DNA of 64,000 bases from Planctomycetota bacterium (GTDB lineage Bacteria > Planctomycetota > GCA-002687715 > CAIWVZ01): NCBI GenBank assembly GCA_044222185.1, contig JBGANV010000006.1:320001-384000 (forward strand), given 5' to 3'. The position numbers were made by a program, and so were the translations under genes. Positions within the stretch are counted from its first letter, which is position 1, and every line of letters begins with the position of its first letter. The notes beneath the pieces are model-generated. The model was not told where the DNA came from. It did not search any database and was given only the letters and a program-made list of their open reading frames with translations. Positions 52,413-62,509 of this stretch are shown here, in pieces.

Positions 52413-53366
52413 TCACCGCGGCGTGAGCAGCACCTTCACGGACCGGGGATCGGCGGCGAGCGCGAGCGCCTCGACTCCGCGCGAAAGCGGCAGGCGCGCC
52501 GTGATCAGCGGGCGCGGGTCGACGACGCCGCTTTCGAGTAGGCGGATGGCCGGTTCGACCGGCCCGCAGCGGGAACCGATCACCGTCACCTCGTCGATCA
52601 CCCAGGGCGTGGGCGATTGAGCCGACTGTCCGTGGATCGTCGTCTTCAACACGATCGTCCCGCGAGGGCGGACGAGGCGTGTCGCGAGCCCGAGCCCTTC
52701 TGAGTTGCCCGTGCAATCGACGACGACGTCCGCGCCCGCGTGGTCTGACGCGTCGTCGAGCGTCACGCGAACCACACCGGGCGGAAGCAGCTCCAGTCGC
52801 GCCGCACTGCGGCTCACGCCCACGACTTCCGCACCCGTCAGGGCGAGCACCCGCGCGCACAGCTGGCCGAGGCGTCCAAGCCCCAATACGACGACGCGCG
52901 CGGACGGCCGCAGGTGGAGTTGCTCCAAGATCTCGCAGGCCGCCGCCAGTGGCTCGACGAACACGGCCGCGTCATCGGACACGGTCGAGGGCACGCGATG
53001 AAGGTTCGAAACCGGCAGGCGGAACCTGTCTGAGAACGCCCCGTCGCGCCCAAGGATCCCGAGAACGGTTCGCTGCGGGCAATGGGTTCGGCGTCCCGAA
53101 AGACACGTCGGGCAGCGGCCACACGGGCAGTTGATGTCCCCCACGACCCGCGCGCCGATCCACGCCGAGTCCGGCGCGGCTTCGACGACGCCGACCCACT
53201 CGTGTCCGAGGACGCCACGGTGATCCATGTAACCCTTTGCGAGTTCCAGGTCCGTCGCACAGATGCCGCCTGTCGTGAGGCGGATCACGGCCTCACCCTC
53301 CGCGACGGGCTCAGGCCAATCCGACGATGCGACCGGGCCGTCGTTGGTCAGGACGAGTGCGTGCAT
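52413..53366 (-). CDS. Zinc-dependent medium-chain alcohol dehydrogenase
   Basis: GICATD, GHEWVG, CPCGRCPTC...HC, EPLAA, GLGRLG. Confidence 0.93.
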   Translation of the reverse strand: MHALVLTNDGPVASSDWPEPVAEGEAVIRLTTGGICATDLELAKGYMDHRGVLGHEWVGVVEAAPDSAWIGARVVGDINCPCGRCPTCLSGRRTHCPQRTVLGILGRDGAFSDRFRLPVSNLHRVPSTVSDDAAVFVEPLAAACEILEQLHLRPSARVVVLGLGRLGQLCARVLALTGAEVVGVSRSAARLELLPPGVVRVTLDDASDHAGADVVVDCTGNSEGLGLATRLVRPRGTIVLKTTIHGQSAQSPTPWVIDEVTVIGSRCGPVEPAIRLLESGVVDPRPLITARLPLSRGVEALALAADPRSVKVLLTPR

Positions 53367-53521
53367 GAGCGGGAGCATGCGATCGCCGACGCGAGATGTC
53401 CAGAGGCGCTGGCTCCTGAACCGTAGACGCCGATGCCGGCTGTCGTGTTGCACGATTCGCGCGCTCCCTCCCGATTTCCGTGCTGCAAGTATCATGCGCC
53501 CACCCTGCCCGAACCGTTCCC

Positions 53522-55567
53522 ATGCCCGGAACGCTTCCATTCCATTCGTATCCCGCGCGTCTCGCGATCGCCGTGTGCCTCGTCTTCGCCGTGGCGAGTT
53601 TCGCGACGCTCTCGCTTGGCTCAGACCTCGCCGATCACGGCGTGATCACGAGCGACGCACGCGCGCTCGTCGCGGCCGAGCAACTCGCGAAGTCCGCGGG
53701 CGCCGCGTTGGGCGGACTGCAGGTCGAGGATGCGCGCCACGAGATCGGACTCGCGCCGTCGTGGTACGTGCGACACCCGAGCGGTGGCGTCGGCCTGCTG
53801 GCGGCGGTGCTGCGCGCGGGGGGTACGGTGGCGATGGTCCGCGCTGCGGCCATCATCGGTACGTCCCTCGCACTGCTCGCCTTCTTCCTCCTCGTCGAAC
53901 GGGCGACCGGCGACGCGCACCTGGCGCTCGCAGCCCAGCTCTTGCTCGCTGCGTTCCCGCCCGTGTTCCTCATCTCGGATTCGCTCCAATTTCACGCGCA
54001 GGCATTGTTTGCGAAGGCGGTCGCCTGCGCCTTCCTCGGCGTTGCGTGCACCATGACCGGGCGAGGGCGCGCGGTCGCGCTCGTGGGCGCGGCCGCGAGC
54101 GCGTTCTCCGCGATCGCGTGGCTCGGGCTCGAGACCCTCCCTGCCATCGGCCTGATGTCGGTCGTCGCACCGCTCATCCTCGGTTCGGGGGCGGTGCGGG
54201 GTCGCGTGCGCGACGCCGTCGTGTTCGGCTCGATCATCGCCGTCTCGATGGCCGGCGCAGCTCTGTGGCGGCTGTCGACGACGGCGGCGACGTGCGGGGG
54301 TACCGTCGGCGACGCCCTGGAGTCGGTGTTCGAGTCACTTCGCAAGCGTTCGGGGGACGGCGGTGGCGAATCGGGGGCCGAGCCCTACGCCGTCACCGTG
54401 CTGGCGCGCCTCGCGACGTTCGCGCCCGCGCACGTGGTCGTCGTGCTGCTCGGCGGCCTGGCGAGCGTGGTCCTGCGGCGTCGAGGCGGAGCGGGACGCG
54501 GCCCGCGACTCCTGATGGCGTTCGCGTCGTGCGAGTTGCCGTACTTCGCTGCCATGCGCGAACACGTCTGGAGCCACGCCCACACCGTCGTTCACGCAGG
54601 TTTCACCGTGGCGCTCGCGTCGGCGTTCGCGACGCAGCAGATCGCGCGGCTTCTTGGTCGACGGCTCGTGCCGGTTGCGTGGGTCGTGGTGCCCGTCGCC
54701 GCGGTTGCGGCGTGCGCCGCCATCGGCACGCTGACGACGTCGGGCGACCTCACGACCCCCGTCATGCGAGGGCCGACGGCGGCCCTCTCCGAGCGCTTCG
54801 ACGACGTGGCGGATCATCTGCCCTCCGACGCCGTCGTCGTCCTCGCGTCGGACGCGCCACCGGACTGGGCTCTCGCCATGTTCTGTGCCCGTCGCCACCT
54901 GACGTTCGTCGGGGCTGCCACGGGGCAGGCGCCGCCGCCACGGATGCTCCTCGGCGCGATCGGCCGCCTCACCGACCGACCGTGCTACGCGTTGACGCCG
55001 ACCGACGAATCCCAGCCGCTCTTCTGGGAGCTTCTGTTTCGCCACGCGTTCGTCGCGGGCAATGCGCGCTACTCGCTCTTCGCGGTCGCCAACGTGAGGG
55101 TGGCGGACTCTCGCAGCGGCGCCCGTACGCTCGATCCCGGCGACCTGCGCCTGGCGCGGCTCGTATCGCCGATGCTCTCGCTCCGTTACCCGCTTTTTCG
55201 CCGTTCGGGCACGGAGATGAATCTCCACGCACCGCCGCCGGCCGCCGGCGCGACGGTCGTGGAGATCCCGATGCCGGAGTCGCGGCACTCGATCGCGCGC
55301 GTCCGCGGTCGCTTTCGCTACCCGGCCAACCGGAACTTCGCCCAGCCGAGTCTCGACATCACCATCGAGGGCGTCGACGCCGAAGGGCGGCCCGTGTTCT
55401 CCTCGGAGGCGATGCGCATGAGCCCGGGCGACCCCGAATGCGAGGTCACCGCGGACTCCCGCGGTCATCATGACGCCACGCACCTGCGATTGCGGCTTGC
55501 GACGGCCCCCGGCTCGCAGAACAACTACGCGGCGAAGGTGACGTGCTCGTCGCTCGCGGTGGAGTGA
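53522..55567 (+). CDS. Polytopic membrane protein, possibly GT-C fold glycosyltransferase (ArnT/PMT-like)
   Basis: About 10-12 hydrophobic segments; WYVRHPSG loop after the first TM; soluble C-terminal region. Start uncertain. Confidence 0.55.
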   Translation: MPGTLPFHSYPARLAIAVCLVFAVASFATLSLGSDLADHGVITSDARALVAAEQLAKSAGAALGGLQVEDARHEIGLAPSWYVRHPSGGVGLLAAVLRAGGTVAMVRAAAIIGTSLALLAFFLLVERATGDAHLALAAQLLLAAFPPVFLISDSLQFHAQALFAKAVACAFLGVACTMTGRGRAVALVGAAASAFSAIAWLGLETLPAIGLMSVVAPLILGSGAVRGRVRDAVVFGSIIAVSMAGAALWRLSTTAATCGGTVGDALESVFESLRKRSGDGGGESGAEPYAVTVLARLATFAPAHVVVVLLGGLASVVLRRRGGAGRGPRLLMAFASCELPYFAAMREHVWSHAHTVVHAGFTVALASAFATQQIARLLGRRLVPVAWVVVPVAAVAACAAIGTLTTSGDLTTPVMRGPTAALSERFDDVADHLPSDAVVVLASDAPPDWALAMFCARRHLTFVGAATGQAPPPRMLLGAIGRLTDRPCYALTPTDESQPLFWELLFRHAFVAGNARYSLFAVANVRVADSRSGARTLDPGDLRLARLVSPMLSLRYPLFRRSGTEMNLHAPPPAAGATVVEIPMPESRHSIARVRGRFRYPANRNFAQPSLDITIEGVDAEGRPVFSSEAMRMSPGDPECEVTADSRGHHDATHLRLRLATAPGSQNNYAAKVTCSSLAVE

Positions 55568-55604
55568 CGAGCACGCCGGCCGCCCCCGTGATCGTCCACC
55601 CGGG

Positions 55605-58553
55605 TCACAGACCGAGCACGAGTCGCAACGCGTTCGACGCCCACAGCGTGTTCGACGGGACATCGACGAGAATCGACTGAACCTCCACGAACCCTCCGAT
55701 CAGCGACGGTTGAGCCGGAATGGAGAGCGGCATCTCCGCCCAACCTTCATCCGAGGGGTTCATGGGGAAAGTCAGCGTGGGCGTGACGAGCAGGTTGCAG
55801 GTCGACGATCCCGGCAGCAAGAGCGGCGCGCTCAACGGCGTGTAGCCCATGGCCAGGACACCCGCGGTTGAACCGACACCCGCGCCGCCGAGGAGCAGCG
55901 TGACGGTCGCGCCGATTCGCGGAACTCCGGTGACCGTGAGGTTCGCCGTCGTCGCGCCCGCACCGGCCCATCCGTATCGGAACTTCCACTGCCGGATCCG
56001 GACGAAGCCGGGGAGCATCTGGTACGGAGTGTTGTTCAGCTCGAACCATGTGCCCGCAGCCGTCGGCGCCCAGACCCAATACGGGCTCGTCGAGTTTCCG
56101 CACACCGAGCTGATGAACCACGGGGCCGCGTTCCACTGCGAGAGCGACACGAAACGATCGTCCCACCAGCGCATCTTCGCGGGGAAATGCAGCACGAGGA
56201 AGCGCGGACTTCCGGACACGACGGCGATCTGCCCGCTCATGTATCCGCCGCCCGCCGGGTAGTACGCACGCCCGACGCCGAGCACGTTCGGGCCTGGGAA
56301 GACGCTCGGCACCGGGCAGTTGCCCGAACCGCTGACATCGCGGACCTCGCAGTCCATGTAGCCATCGCATGGCGCGTCGACCCAGAACGAGAACGTGACC
56401 GTCTGTCCTGCGGCACCGCCCAGGATATCGAAGGCACGCGTCCCCACGTCCTCGGCCCAGAGACCGCAGAACGGCGCGCTCGCGCAGTCGTTCGTGGTGA
56501 ACGTCTTCGCGGGCGCGATGGCGAGGTTCTCCGTATCGAGGGTCGCGGCTCCGACGAGTGGCCCGGTTCCGGTGCAGTTCGCGTTCACGTTGGGGAACAC
56601 GGGCTCGACGCGGGCGCCCGTCACGAACCCGCTCGGCGACGGCATGACGCACGTCGCGAGGGCCACTCGATCCGCCGCGACCGGCATCTGGATCGGTATG
56701 ACGCGGATCGTGAACTGGCCGGACGTGGCGGCCGTGAACGTGGCACGTTCCCACGTTCGGCGCTTTCCGCCCGGCGCGGTTGCACCGACGACGAACGACG
56801 AACTCGTTGCGACCTCAGTGCCCGCGGGATCGATGACGCTCAGGTCGAAGTCCGACCAGTTCGGAGTCGCGGAGAAGTCGTTTCGGAACCACGCGATCGC
56901 GACGGAGACGACGTCGCCGCTCGTGACGTTCAGGGGGAACGACGTGACCGCGTTCGTCACCGTGGATTCGGAGGTCTGGAGCGACATCCTCTGCGCGTAG
57001 GCCGTGAGGTAGTCGGTGCGGAGGAACCCGGCGCCGTAGAGGTCGTCCGGCTTCACCGGATTCCCGTTGGCGGATCGGATGTCGAGCGCGGTCGCAAGGA
57101 GCGCCGCCCTCGTCATCAGCGCCGAACGGCCCGTGGGCGTGGTGCCCGAGTCCGGGCCTGCCCGGAAGAGGTAGCCGGCGCCCGCGACGTGCGGCGCGGA
57201 TAGCGACGTCCCCTCGTACGTCCGGCTTGCGGTCTCCGACACGTTGGAGGCGAGGACCGTGAGCGTGCCGACGGCCGTGATGTCGGGGTACGGGCGCTCG
57301 TAACCGAGTGGCGTCGGAAAGCTCCCACCCGACGTGCGCGACGGCGTCAACGGACCTCTCGCCGAGAAGTCGCTCACGTTGTGTGCGCAGGGTCCCGCCG
57401 ACCCCACCGCGAGCCCGTTGGCGGCGTACTGAGAATCCCACGAGCTGAACTGTCCCGTGTTCGCCGACGGAACGACGACGAGCACGTCGCCGACGGAGGC
57501 ACACGTGTCGAGTGCGACCTGCGTCGAGCTGAGCGGGCTCGGTTCTCCGCCGAACGAGTTCACGGCGACGACGATGTTCAGCGCGACCTTGTTCGCGAGT
57601 ACCCACTGCCATGCGGAGTCGAGGATGGCCGTCGTCGTGTACGGAATCCCTCCCGAGACGGCGTTTGCGATGTTGATGCCGACGATCTGCGACGCCGGCG
57701 CCTGGCCGTTGTCGGAGCCGACGTAGCTCGCCAGCGCGCCGCCGGCGATCGTGGCGATCGACAGCCCGTGGTCCGACGGGATGCCTGGCGATCCGGCCGC
57801 GAAGTCGACGGCTCCCGGCATCTGGACGTCCTGGAGGACGCGCGTCTGCAGCGAGAGGTTGCCTCCCTGGTAGAGCACCTGGTGGTGTCGGCGGGTCGCT
57901 GGCGGCGTCACGTAGTTCGAGTCGAGCTGGGAGTCCAGCACGGCGATGGACAAGCGGTTCGCGGCGTTTCGGCCGCCGGCACCCGTGAACCCGTTCGCCG
58001 CCGCAGCGTCCGAGTTGTGCCCGTTGACGCTCGTCGCGTCGATGAGGGGCCGCATGGCCGTTCCGGAGATCCGACGGTCCGGTGAGACGTCCGCGACCCA
58101 GGTGAGATTGCGCAGGCGATCCGCGCCCTCCGGCGAGGTCTCGACACACATCGCGTCGACGATCCACCAGCTTTCGGCGACCCGGCCACCGAACGACTCG
58201 ATCGTCGTGACGAACTCCGCGCGCTCGCGCGTCACGGTCGCTTCGAGGTCGGCGACCGCCGCCTCGACCGTCTGTGGAACGCCGCTCCGGATGGCCGCTC
58301 GGAGTGCGGCGAAATCGCGGCCCGGGCCTGCGAGCCGCACGATCCACCGGTACGTGCCCGCACGCTCACCGGAGATCAGTCCGGTTTCGTGCGGCACCGC
58401 GACGTGGTCGGTGCGCGTTGGTGACTGGGTGGCCGTCGCCGACTGCGCACGCCCGTCGTCCGTCGCCAACCACGTGAAAGCCAGCGTGACGAGCAACCCG
58501 GCGTGGCGCAGCCATCGCCGAGTGGAGGAAGAGAACCGTCGATCCGAATGCAT
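55605..58553 (-). CDS. Secreted S8 subtilisin-like peptidase with C-terminal domain (type B)
   Basis: IAVLDS, DHG, GTSLSAPHVAG; signal peptide and I9-like propeptide. Confidence 0.87.
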   Translation of the reverse strand: MHSDRRFSSSTRRWLRHAGLLVTLAFTWLATDDGRAQSATATQSPTRTDHVAVPHETGLISGERAGTYRWIVRLAGPGRDFAALRAAIRSGVPQTVEAAVADLEATVTRERAEFVTTIESFGGRVAESWWIVDAMCVETSPEGADRLRNLTWVADVSPDRRISGTAMRPLIDATSVNGHNSDAAAANGFTGAGGRNAANRLSIAVLDSQLDSNYVTPPATRRHHQVLYQGGNLSLQTRVLQDVQMPGAVDFAAGSPGIPSDHGLSIATIAGGALASYVGSDNGQAPASQIVGINIANAVSGGIPYTTTAILDSAWQWVLANKVALNIVVAVNSFGGEPSPLSSTQVALDTCASVGDVLVVVPSANTGQFSSWDSQYAANGLAVGSAGPCAHNVSDFSARGPLTPSRTSGGSFPTPLGYERPYPDITAVGTLTVLASNVSETASRTYEGTSLSAPHVAGAGYLFRAGPDSGTTPTGRSALMTRAALLATALDIRSANGNPVKPDDLYGAGFLRTDYLTAYAQRMSLQTSESTVTNAVTSFPLNVTSGDVVSVAIAWFRNDFSATPNWSDFDLSVIDPAGTEVATSSSFVVGATAPGGKRRTWERATFTAATSGQFTIRVIPIQMPVAADRVALATCVMPSPSGFVTGARVEPVFPNVNANCTGTGPLVGAATLDTENLAIAPAKTFTTNDCASAPFCGLWAEDVGTRAFDILGGAAGQTVTFSFWVDAPCDGYMDCEVRDVSGSGNCPVPSVFPGPNVLGVGRAYYPAGGGYMSGQIAVVSGSPRFLVLHFPAKMRWWDDRFVSLSQWNAAPWFISSVCGNSTSPYWVWAPTAAGTWFELNNTPYQMLPGFVRIRQWKFRYGWAGAGATTANLTVTGVPRIGATVTLLLGGAGVGSTAGVLAMGYTPLSAPLLLPGSSTCNLLVTPTLTFPMNPSDEGWAEMPLSIPAQPSLIGGFVEVQSILVDVPSNTLWASNALRLVLGL

Positions 58554-58882
58554 GGCGAACGCTCCTGATGATGTCCGGTGAGAACGTCGTGGTCATTCGC
58601 GGGAGGTCCGAACACTCGAAGACGTCACGGGAATCCGCCGCGGCGCAGCTGGCGCGTTGAGCGAACGTCGTGAATGCACGCCATTACGCCGCCGCACGTG
58701 ACGTCTTCCGACGCTCGGTCCTTCGCCCATGTGGTGACGGATCGATCTCGCGACCGCCGTGCGATCACGCAGTCAGCAGGCACCTTCCCGATTTCGCGCC
58801 GATCGAAGGAGCGGCGGGTGTCGTCGCAGCGGCCTCGGCTGGGGAGTCGCGAGTCGACGAAGACACCTGCGGAGCACGCCGG

Positions 58883-60403
58883 TCAGTCGCGGCGCACGAT
58901 CGCGGCCGCGCGCGCCATGGCGTCGACCTTCGCCGCGGCAACGGCCGCCGAAGCGACGGGATTGGCCGCGAAGGTCGCGAATCCGCAGTCGGAATTCAGG
59001 AGCACGCGCTCGCGGCCGAATCGATCGATCGCGCGTCGTGCCTTCGTCACGATCTCGTCCACGTCCTCGACGCGATCGGCGCGGGGATTCACCACGCCGA
59101 CTCCGATGCGCTTGTCCGACGGGATGGCGCGAAGCGCGTCGATCTCGCCGGAGCGCGGCGTCGACAGTTCGAGGAGGAGCGTGCCCACGGCAGCATCCTT
59201 CAGGAACGGCAGCAGGGGTTCATAGCCGCCCGTGAGGAGTGCCGCCTCGTCCTTGGTCCAGTTTCCCCGGCAGATGTGCAGGGCGACACGCTCGCGGGGG
59301 AAGCCGGCCGTCAGTTCGGCGATGAGGTCTCGCGCGAACCCGAGCTCGGTCGACGCGTCGCCCTTTTCGCTCAGGGCTCCGCACATGAAGCTGCGCTTCT
59401 GCTTGGGCCCGGTGAAGACGACCTCGGAGAGGACGGGCTCGTCGAACTGCACGAGGGGCGCTCCGGCCGCGAGGAGTGTCGCGAGTTCTTCGCGCAACAC
59501 ACGGACGACGTCCCGGGCGAGTTCGTCGCGCGTCTCGTAGGCGCGATTGGTCAGGCACTCGAGCCACATGGTGCGCGTCAAGAGGTATGGGCCCGGCAGC
59601 GCCACCTTCACGGGCTTGGACGTGATCGTCATCGCAAACGCCCATTCGTCGAAGACGATGGGGCGCGAGCGCCCGAGCTTGCCGAACACCACGGGGTGAC
59701 GGACGTCCTGCGCCGGCACGTCGAGGGCGCGGAGCTCGGCCTGGAACTCCTCCGGGTCGTCGACCATCGCCGCCAGGTCCGCCAGGGGAATGAGCTGGCA
59801 GTTGTCCAGTCGCCCGCCGACGAAGCTGGCGTAGCTGTCACGGCGCTGCTCGCCGTCGGTGATGACGTCCGCGCCCGCGGTGAGCTGGGCCTGCATCGCG
59901 AGGCGGACCGCGTCGTCACCCGTCGTGGAGAATTCCACGTCGCTCATCCGGCCCGTCATGTGATCGGCGATCGCCTGGATCATCCACCGAGGCCGCGGCC
60001 AGCTACCCATTCCCATGACCGACAGCGGCGCGATCGCAACCGCCGGCGCGGGCCGCGGAAGGTCGCGCAGGATCGTCACGGGCTGCACCAGCGGCGACGC
60101 AGCCGCGCGGGCCGGGGCCTTCGGCTCGGCCGCCGGTCTCTCGGCCAGCGCTCCCTTGCACACGAGGAAGCTGCGCTGCCTTCCCGCTTTGGTGACGGAG
60201 ACGAGTTCGTTCCCCGTCATCCGGCACCAGGACGGGAGATCCTCGTCGACCGAGATCTCGGTCGAGCGGATCTCGAGCAGTTGGCCCCGCTCCATGGGGT
60301 CGATGTGCTTGCGGATGAGCAGGAGGAGCCCGTTGCCGCAGTCGAGGTCGCCGCCATCGAACGAGACGTCAGGGGCGAGCGCGTGGCGGGCTGTGGGCTC
60401 CAT
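58883..60403 (-). CDS. TusA-like domain fused to cobalamin-independent methionine synthase II (core MetE) catalytic domain
   Basis: N-terminal DGGDLDCGNGLL...DLPSWCRMTG; MetE-type GSWPRP, TDGEQRR, QFDEP and Zn ligands HIC, E, NSDCGF. Confidence 0.88.
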   Translation of the reverse strand: MEPTARHALAPDVSFDGGDLDCGNGLLLLIRKHIDPMERGQLLEIRSTEISVDEDLPSWCRMTGNELVSVTKAGRQRSFLVCKGALAERPAAEPKAPARAAASPLVQPVTILRDLPRPAPAVAIAPLSVMGMGSWPRPRWMIQAIADHMTGRMSDVEFSTTGDDAVRLAMQAQLTAGADVITDGEQRRDSYASFVGGRLDNCQLIPLADLAAMVDDPEEFQAELRALDVPAQDVRHPVVFGKLGRSRPIVFDEWAFAMTITSKPVKVALPGPYLLTRTMWLECLTNRAYETRDELARDVVRVLREELATLLAAGAPLVQFDEPVLSEVVFTGPKQKRSFMCGALSEKGDASTELGFARDLIAELTAGFPRERVALHICRGNWTKDEAALLTGGYEPLLPFLKDAAVGTLLLELSTPRSGEIDALRAIPSDKRIGVGVVNPRADRVEDVDEIVTKARRAIDRFGRERVLLNSDCGFATFAANPVASAAVAAAKVDAMARAAAIVRRD

Positions 60404-60418
60404 GTGCGATCGTGACCT

Positions 60419-60784
60419 TCAGTAGCAGACGCTCGGGGAGCCGTCGCTCAACCACTCGACGAGCTTGGCGCCGCCGACGATCGTCGCACCGGCGACGAGG
60501 TTGTTCTCGTCCAGCTTGCGCCGCTTGAAGCACGGTGAGCAGACGTAGATCTTGCCTCCGCCCTTCGCGAAGTTGTCCATGAGGTCCTTCAGCGGGGCGA
60601 AACCCTCTTCGCGGATGTCGTCCGCATAGCCCTTGCTCCCGACACGCACGCCTTCGGTGCTGAGGAACACCATGGTGTCCTTTCCGCTGCCGAGCGCGGC
60701 GGACGCGACGACGAACGCCACGGTCGCCTTGTCGGGGTTGTCTTTCGCGTGATTCAGCGTGACGCAGAACTTCGTTGCGGCCAT
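60419..60784 (-). CDS. DsrE/DsrF-like family protein
   Basis: VFLSTEGV, KIYVCSPC, GATIVGGAKLVEW; 121 aa. Confidence 0.85.
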   Translation of the reverse strand: MAATKFCVTLNHAKDNPDKATVAFVVASAALGSGKDTMVFLSTEGVRVGSKGYADDIREEGFAPLKDLMDNFAKGGGKIYVCSPCFKRRKLDENNLVAGATIVGGAKLVEWLSDGSPSVCY

Positions 60785-60786
60785 CG

Positions 60787-61020
60787 TCAGTCTCCCGGTC
60801 GTTGGATCCAGTAGTCAGGGTGCTCGTGCTCGATCAGTGGGTGATTCGTCATGCGGCACCAGGCGGGAATGTCCTCTCGGGCGCCCGGGTCACGTGCAAC
60901 GAGGTGGAGCACTTGACCCTTTCCGAGTCCGCGGACGCGCATGAGCAGTTCGAGAACCAGTTCTCCGCAGCCCATGTCGCCCGCGTTCCATTCCGCATGT
61001 TCCGTCGGTCGCGTGTTCAT
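60787..61020 (-). CDS. Sulfurtransferase TusA/SirA-family protein
   Basis: AGDMGCGELVL, GQVLHLVARDPGAREDIPAWC; 77 aa. Confidence 0.85.
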   Translation of the reverse strand: MNTRPTEHAEWNAGDMGCGELVLELLMRVRGLGKGQVLHLVARDPGAREDIPAWCRMTNHPLIEHEHPDYWIQRPGD

Positions 61021-62177
61021 TTCGCTTCGACACTTTGCGCGTAGGTCAGCTTGCGCGTCCAGCCGTCTTTTTCCGGATGCGCCTTGCCGTCCACTTCGAC
61101 GTAGGCCTTCGGCAGCGCGTTCACGACGCCGCCGTTGGCGTCCGGCTTGGGATCGAGCACGAGGTCGCGGCCGGACGAGAACTTCACACGGCGTTCCTCC
61201 AGGTTGCCGAAGTAATAGGCGACCTTCTGAGGATCGGCGCCGGCGTAGCCGTCGGCCGTCGTGCGGCGAACCTTCTCGTCGTTGTCCGCGTCGATCTTGA
61301 AGTCACCCACGAAGATGTCGGCGACGGCGACGTCGTGGGGGATCCAGCCCAGGCCCTCGGCGTAGAACTCGGGCCAGCAGTGGTAGCTCGAGTCCACGTC
61401 CTTCCCGTCCAGCTCCTTCTTCAGGAACACGCCGTAGACGATGCGCGTCGGAATCCCCTTGGCTCGGGCGATCGATGCCCACAGGGAATGGAAGTCAGTG
61501 CAGTTCCCCGTCTTGTTCGTGAGGCAGTAGTCCGTGCTGCCGACCGGGGAGGCCTTCTTGTTCTTGGGGTCCTTCACCCAGTAGTCCACGTTCTGGAGCT
61601 CCCAGTCGTAGATCTTGTGCGCCGCGATGACGGGATTGGTCTCGTCACCGACGATCTCGTTCGCGAGTTTCGAGATGCGATCGTCGATGATCACGTGTTG
61701 GTTCGGCGCCAGGTAGGCCGCCAGTCGCGCTCGGTCGTCCGCCGAAAGTGCATGCGCCTTGGAGGGGTCGGCGTTCGCGTTCACCTCGCGCCGCACGACG
61801 CGGAACGTCTCGACGATGGTGAAGTCCTTCACCGTCGGGTTCGACATCTCGGCGTACACGACGTCGTTTCCGGCCGAGTCCTGCGTCGTGCGCCACGTCG
61901 CCGGAGTCTCGACCTTGAAGTTGGAGATCGTCTGCGCGGGGTCCGATTGCGGCATGGCGAACCAGACACGGACCTTCTTGGCGCCGTCGGGGACCATGAC
62001 CTTCAGCTCGTGCCGGACGTCGAAGGATGCGGACTTTCCGTACGTGGTCGACGACGCGTTCTGTGCATCGTCCGCCGACGTCGAGCTCGATGTCGATGAA
62101 CACGCCGAGAAGCTGGAGCCGAGGACCAGGACGGAGACCAGGCCTGAGAGCATGAGCGGAAGAGGACGCGAGCGCAT
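61017..62177 (-). CDS. Transglutaminase-like domain lipoprotein
   Basis: Lipobox FSAC; GNCTDFH (Cys), YHCWPEFY (His), WIPHD (Asp); AGGAGG RBS. Confidence 0.88.
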   Translation of the reverse strand: MRSRPLPLMLSGLVSVLVLGSSFSACSSTSSSTSADDAQNASSTTYGKSASFDVRHELKVMVPDGAKKVRVWFAMPQSDPAQTISNFKVETPATWRTTQDSAGNDVVYAEMSNPTVKDFTIVETFRVVRREVNANADPSKAHALSADDRARLAAYLAPNQHVIIDDRISKLANEIVGDETNPVIAAHKIYDWELQNVDYWVKDPKNKKASPVGSTDYCLTNKTGNCTDFHSLWASIARAKGIPTRIVYGVFLKKELDGKDVDSSYHCWPEFYAEGLGWIPHDVAVADIFVGDFKIDADNDEKVRRTTADGYAGADPQKVAYYFGNLEERRVKFSSGRDLVLDPKPDANGGVVNALPKAYVEVDGKAHPEKDGWTRKLTYAQSVEAK

Positions 62178-62398
62178 GAGACCTCCTGTGGGAGTTGCGG
62201 GAGCGAGGAGTGCGAACGCAAGGCGCGGGTGACCGGGCGGGAGCGAGCGTCGTACGTCGGTGTGCCAGGGTGGGCGCCGCGACGGTCGCGAGGTCGCGCC
62301 GACGTTCAGCGACGCGAATGGGATCGATGCGTGCGGAGAGCCTCTGAGTCGGAGGTCGGGTACGGATCGCTCCCGGCGAACGGCGCGAGCGCCTGGAG

Positions 62399-62446
62399 TC
62401 AGGTGAACCCCGTTCGACAGACGGTGATGATCGTCCCTCGTGTCAC
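62399..62446 (-). CDS. Putative 15-aa leader peptide MTRGTIITVCRTGFT
   Basis: GTG 10 nt after the -10 box of the predicted promoter; ends TGA; upstream of the sulfur-relay operon. Confidence 0.35.
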   Translation of the reverse strand: MTRGTIITVCRTGFT

Positions 62447-62456
62447 GCGGATGCCG

Positions 62457-62485
62457 CTTCTACACGACGGCGGGAGAAACTGCAA
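62457..62485 (-). promoter_or_regulatory. Sigma70-like promoter for the transglutaminase-TusA-DsrE-MetE operon
   Basis: TTGCAG-N17-TAGAAG on the minus strand. Confidence 0.5.
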
Positions 62486-62509
62486 CTTTTTCGCCGGTGC
62501 CGCGCCGAT

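Noticed and set aside
62178-62460. SAM, SAH or cobalamin riboswitch ahead of the MetE-like operon
   Set aside because: I could not find the consensus elements by eye; an Infernal/Rfam scan would be decisive.
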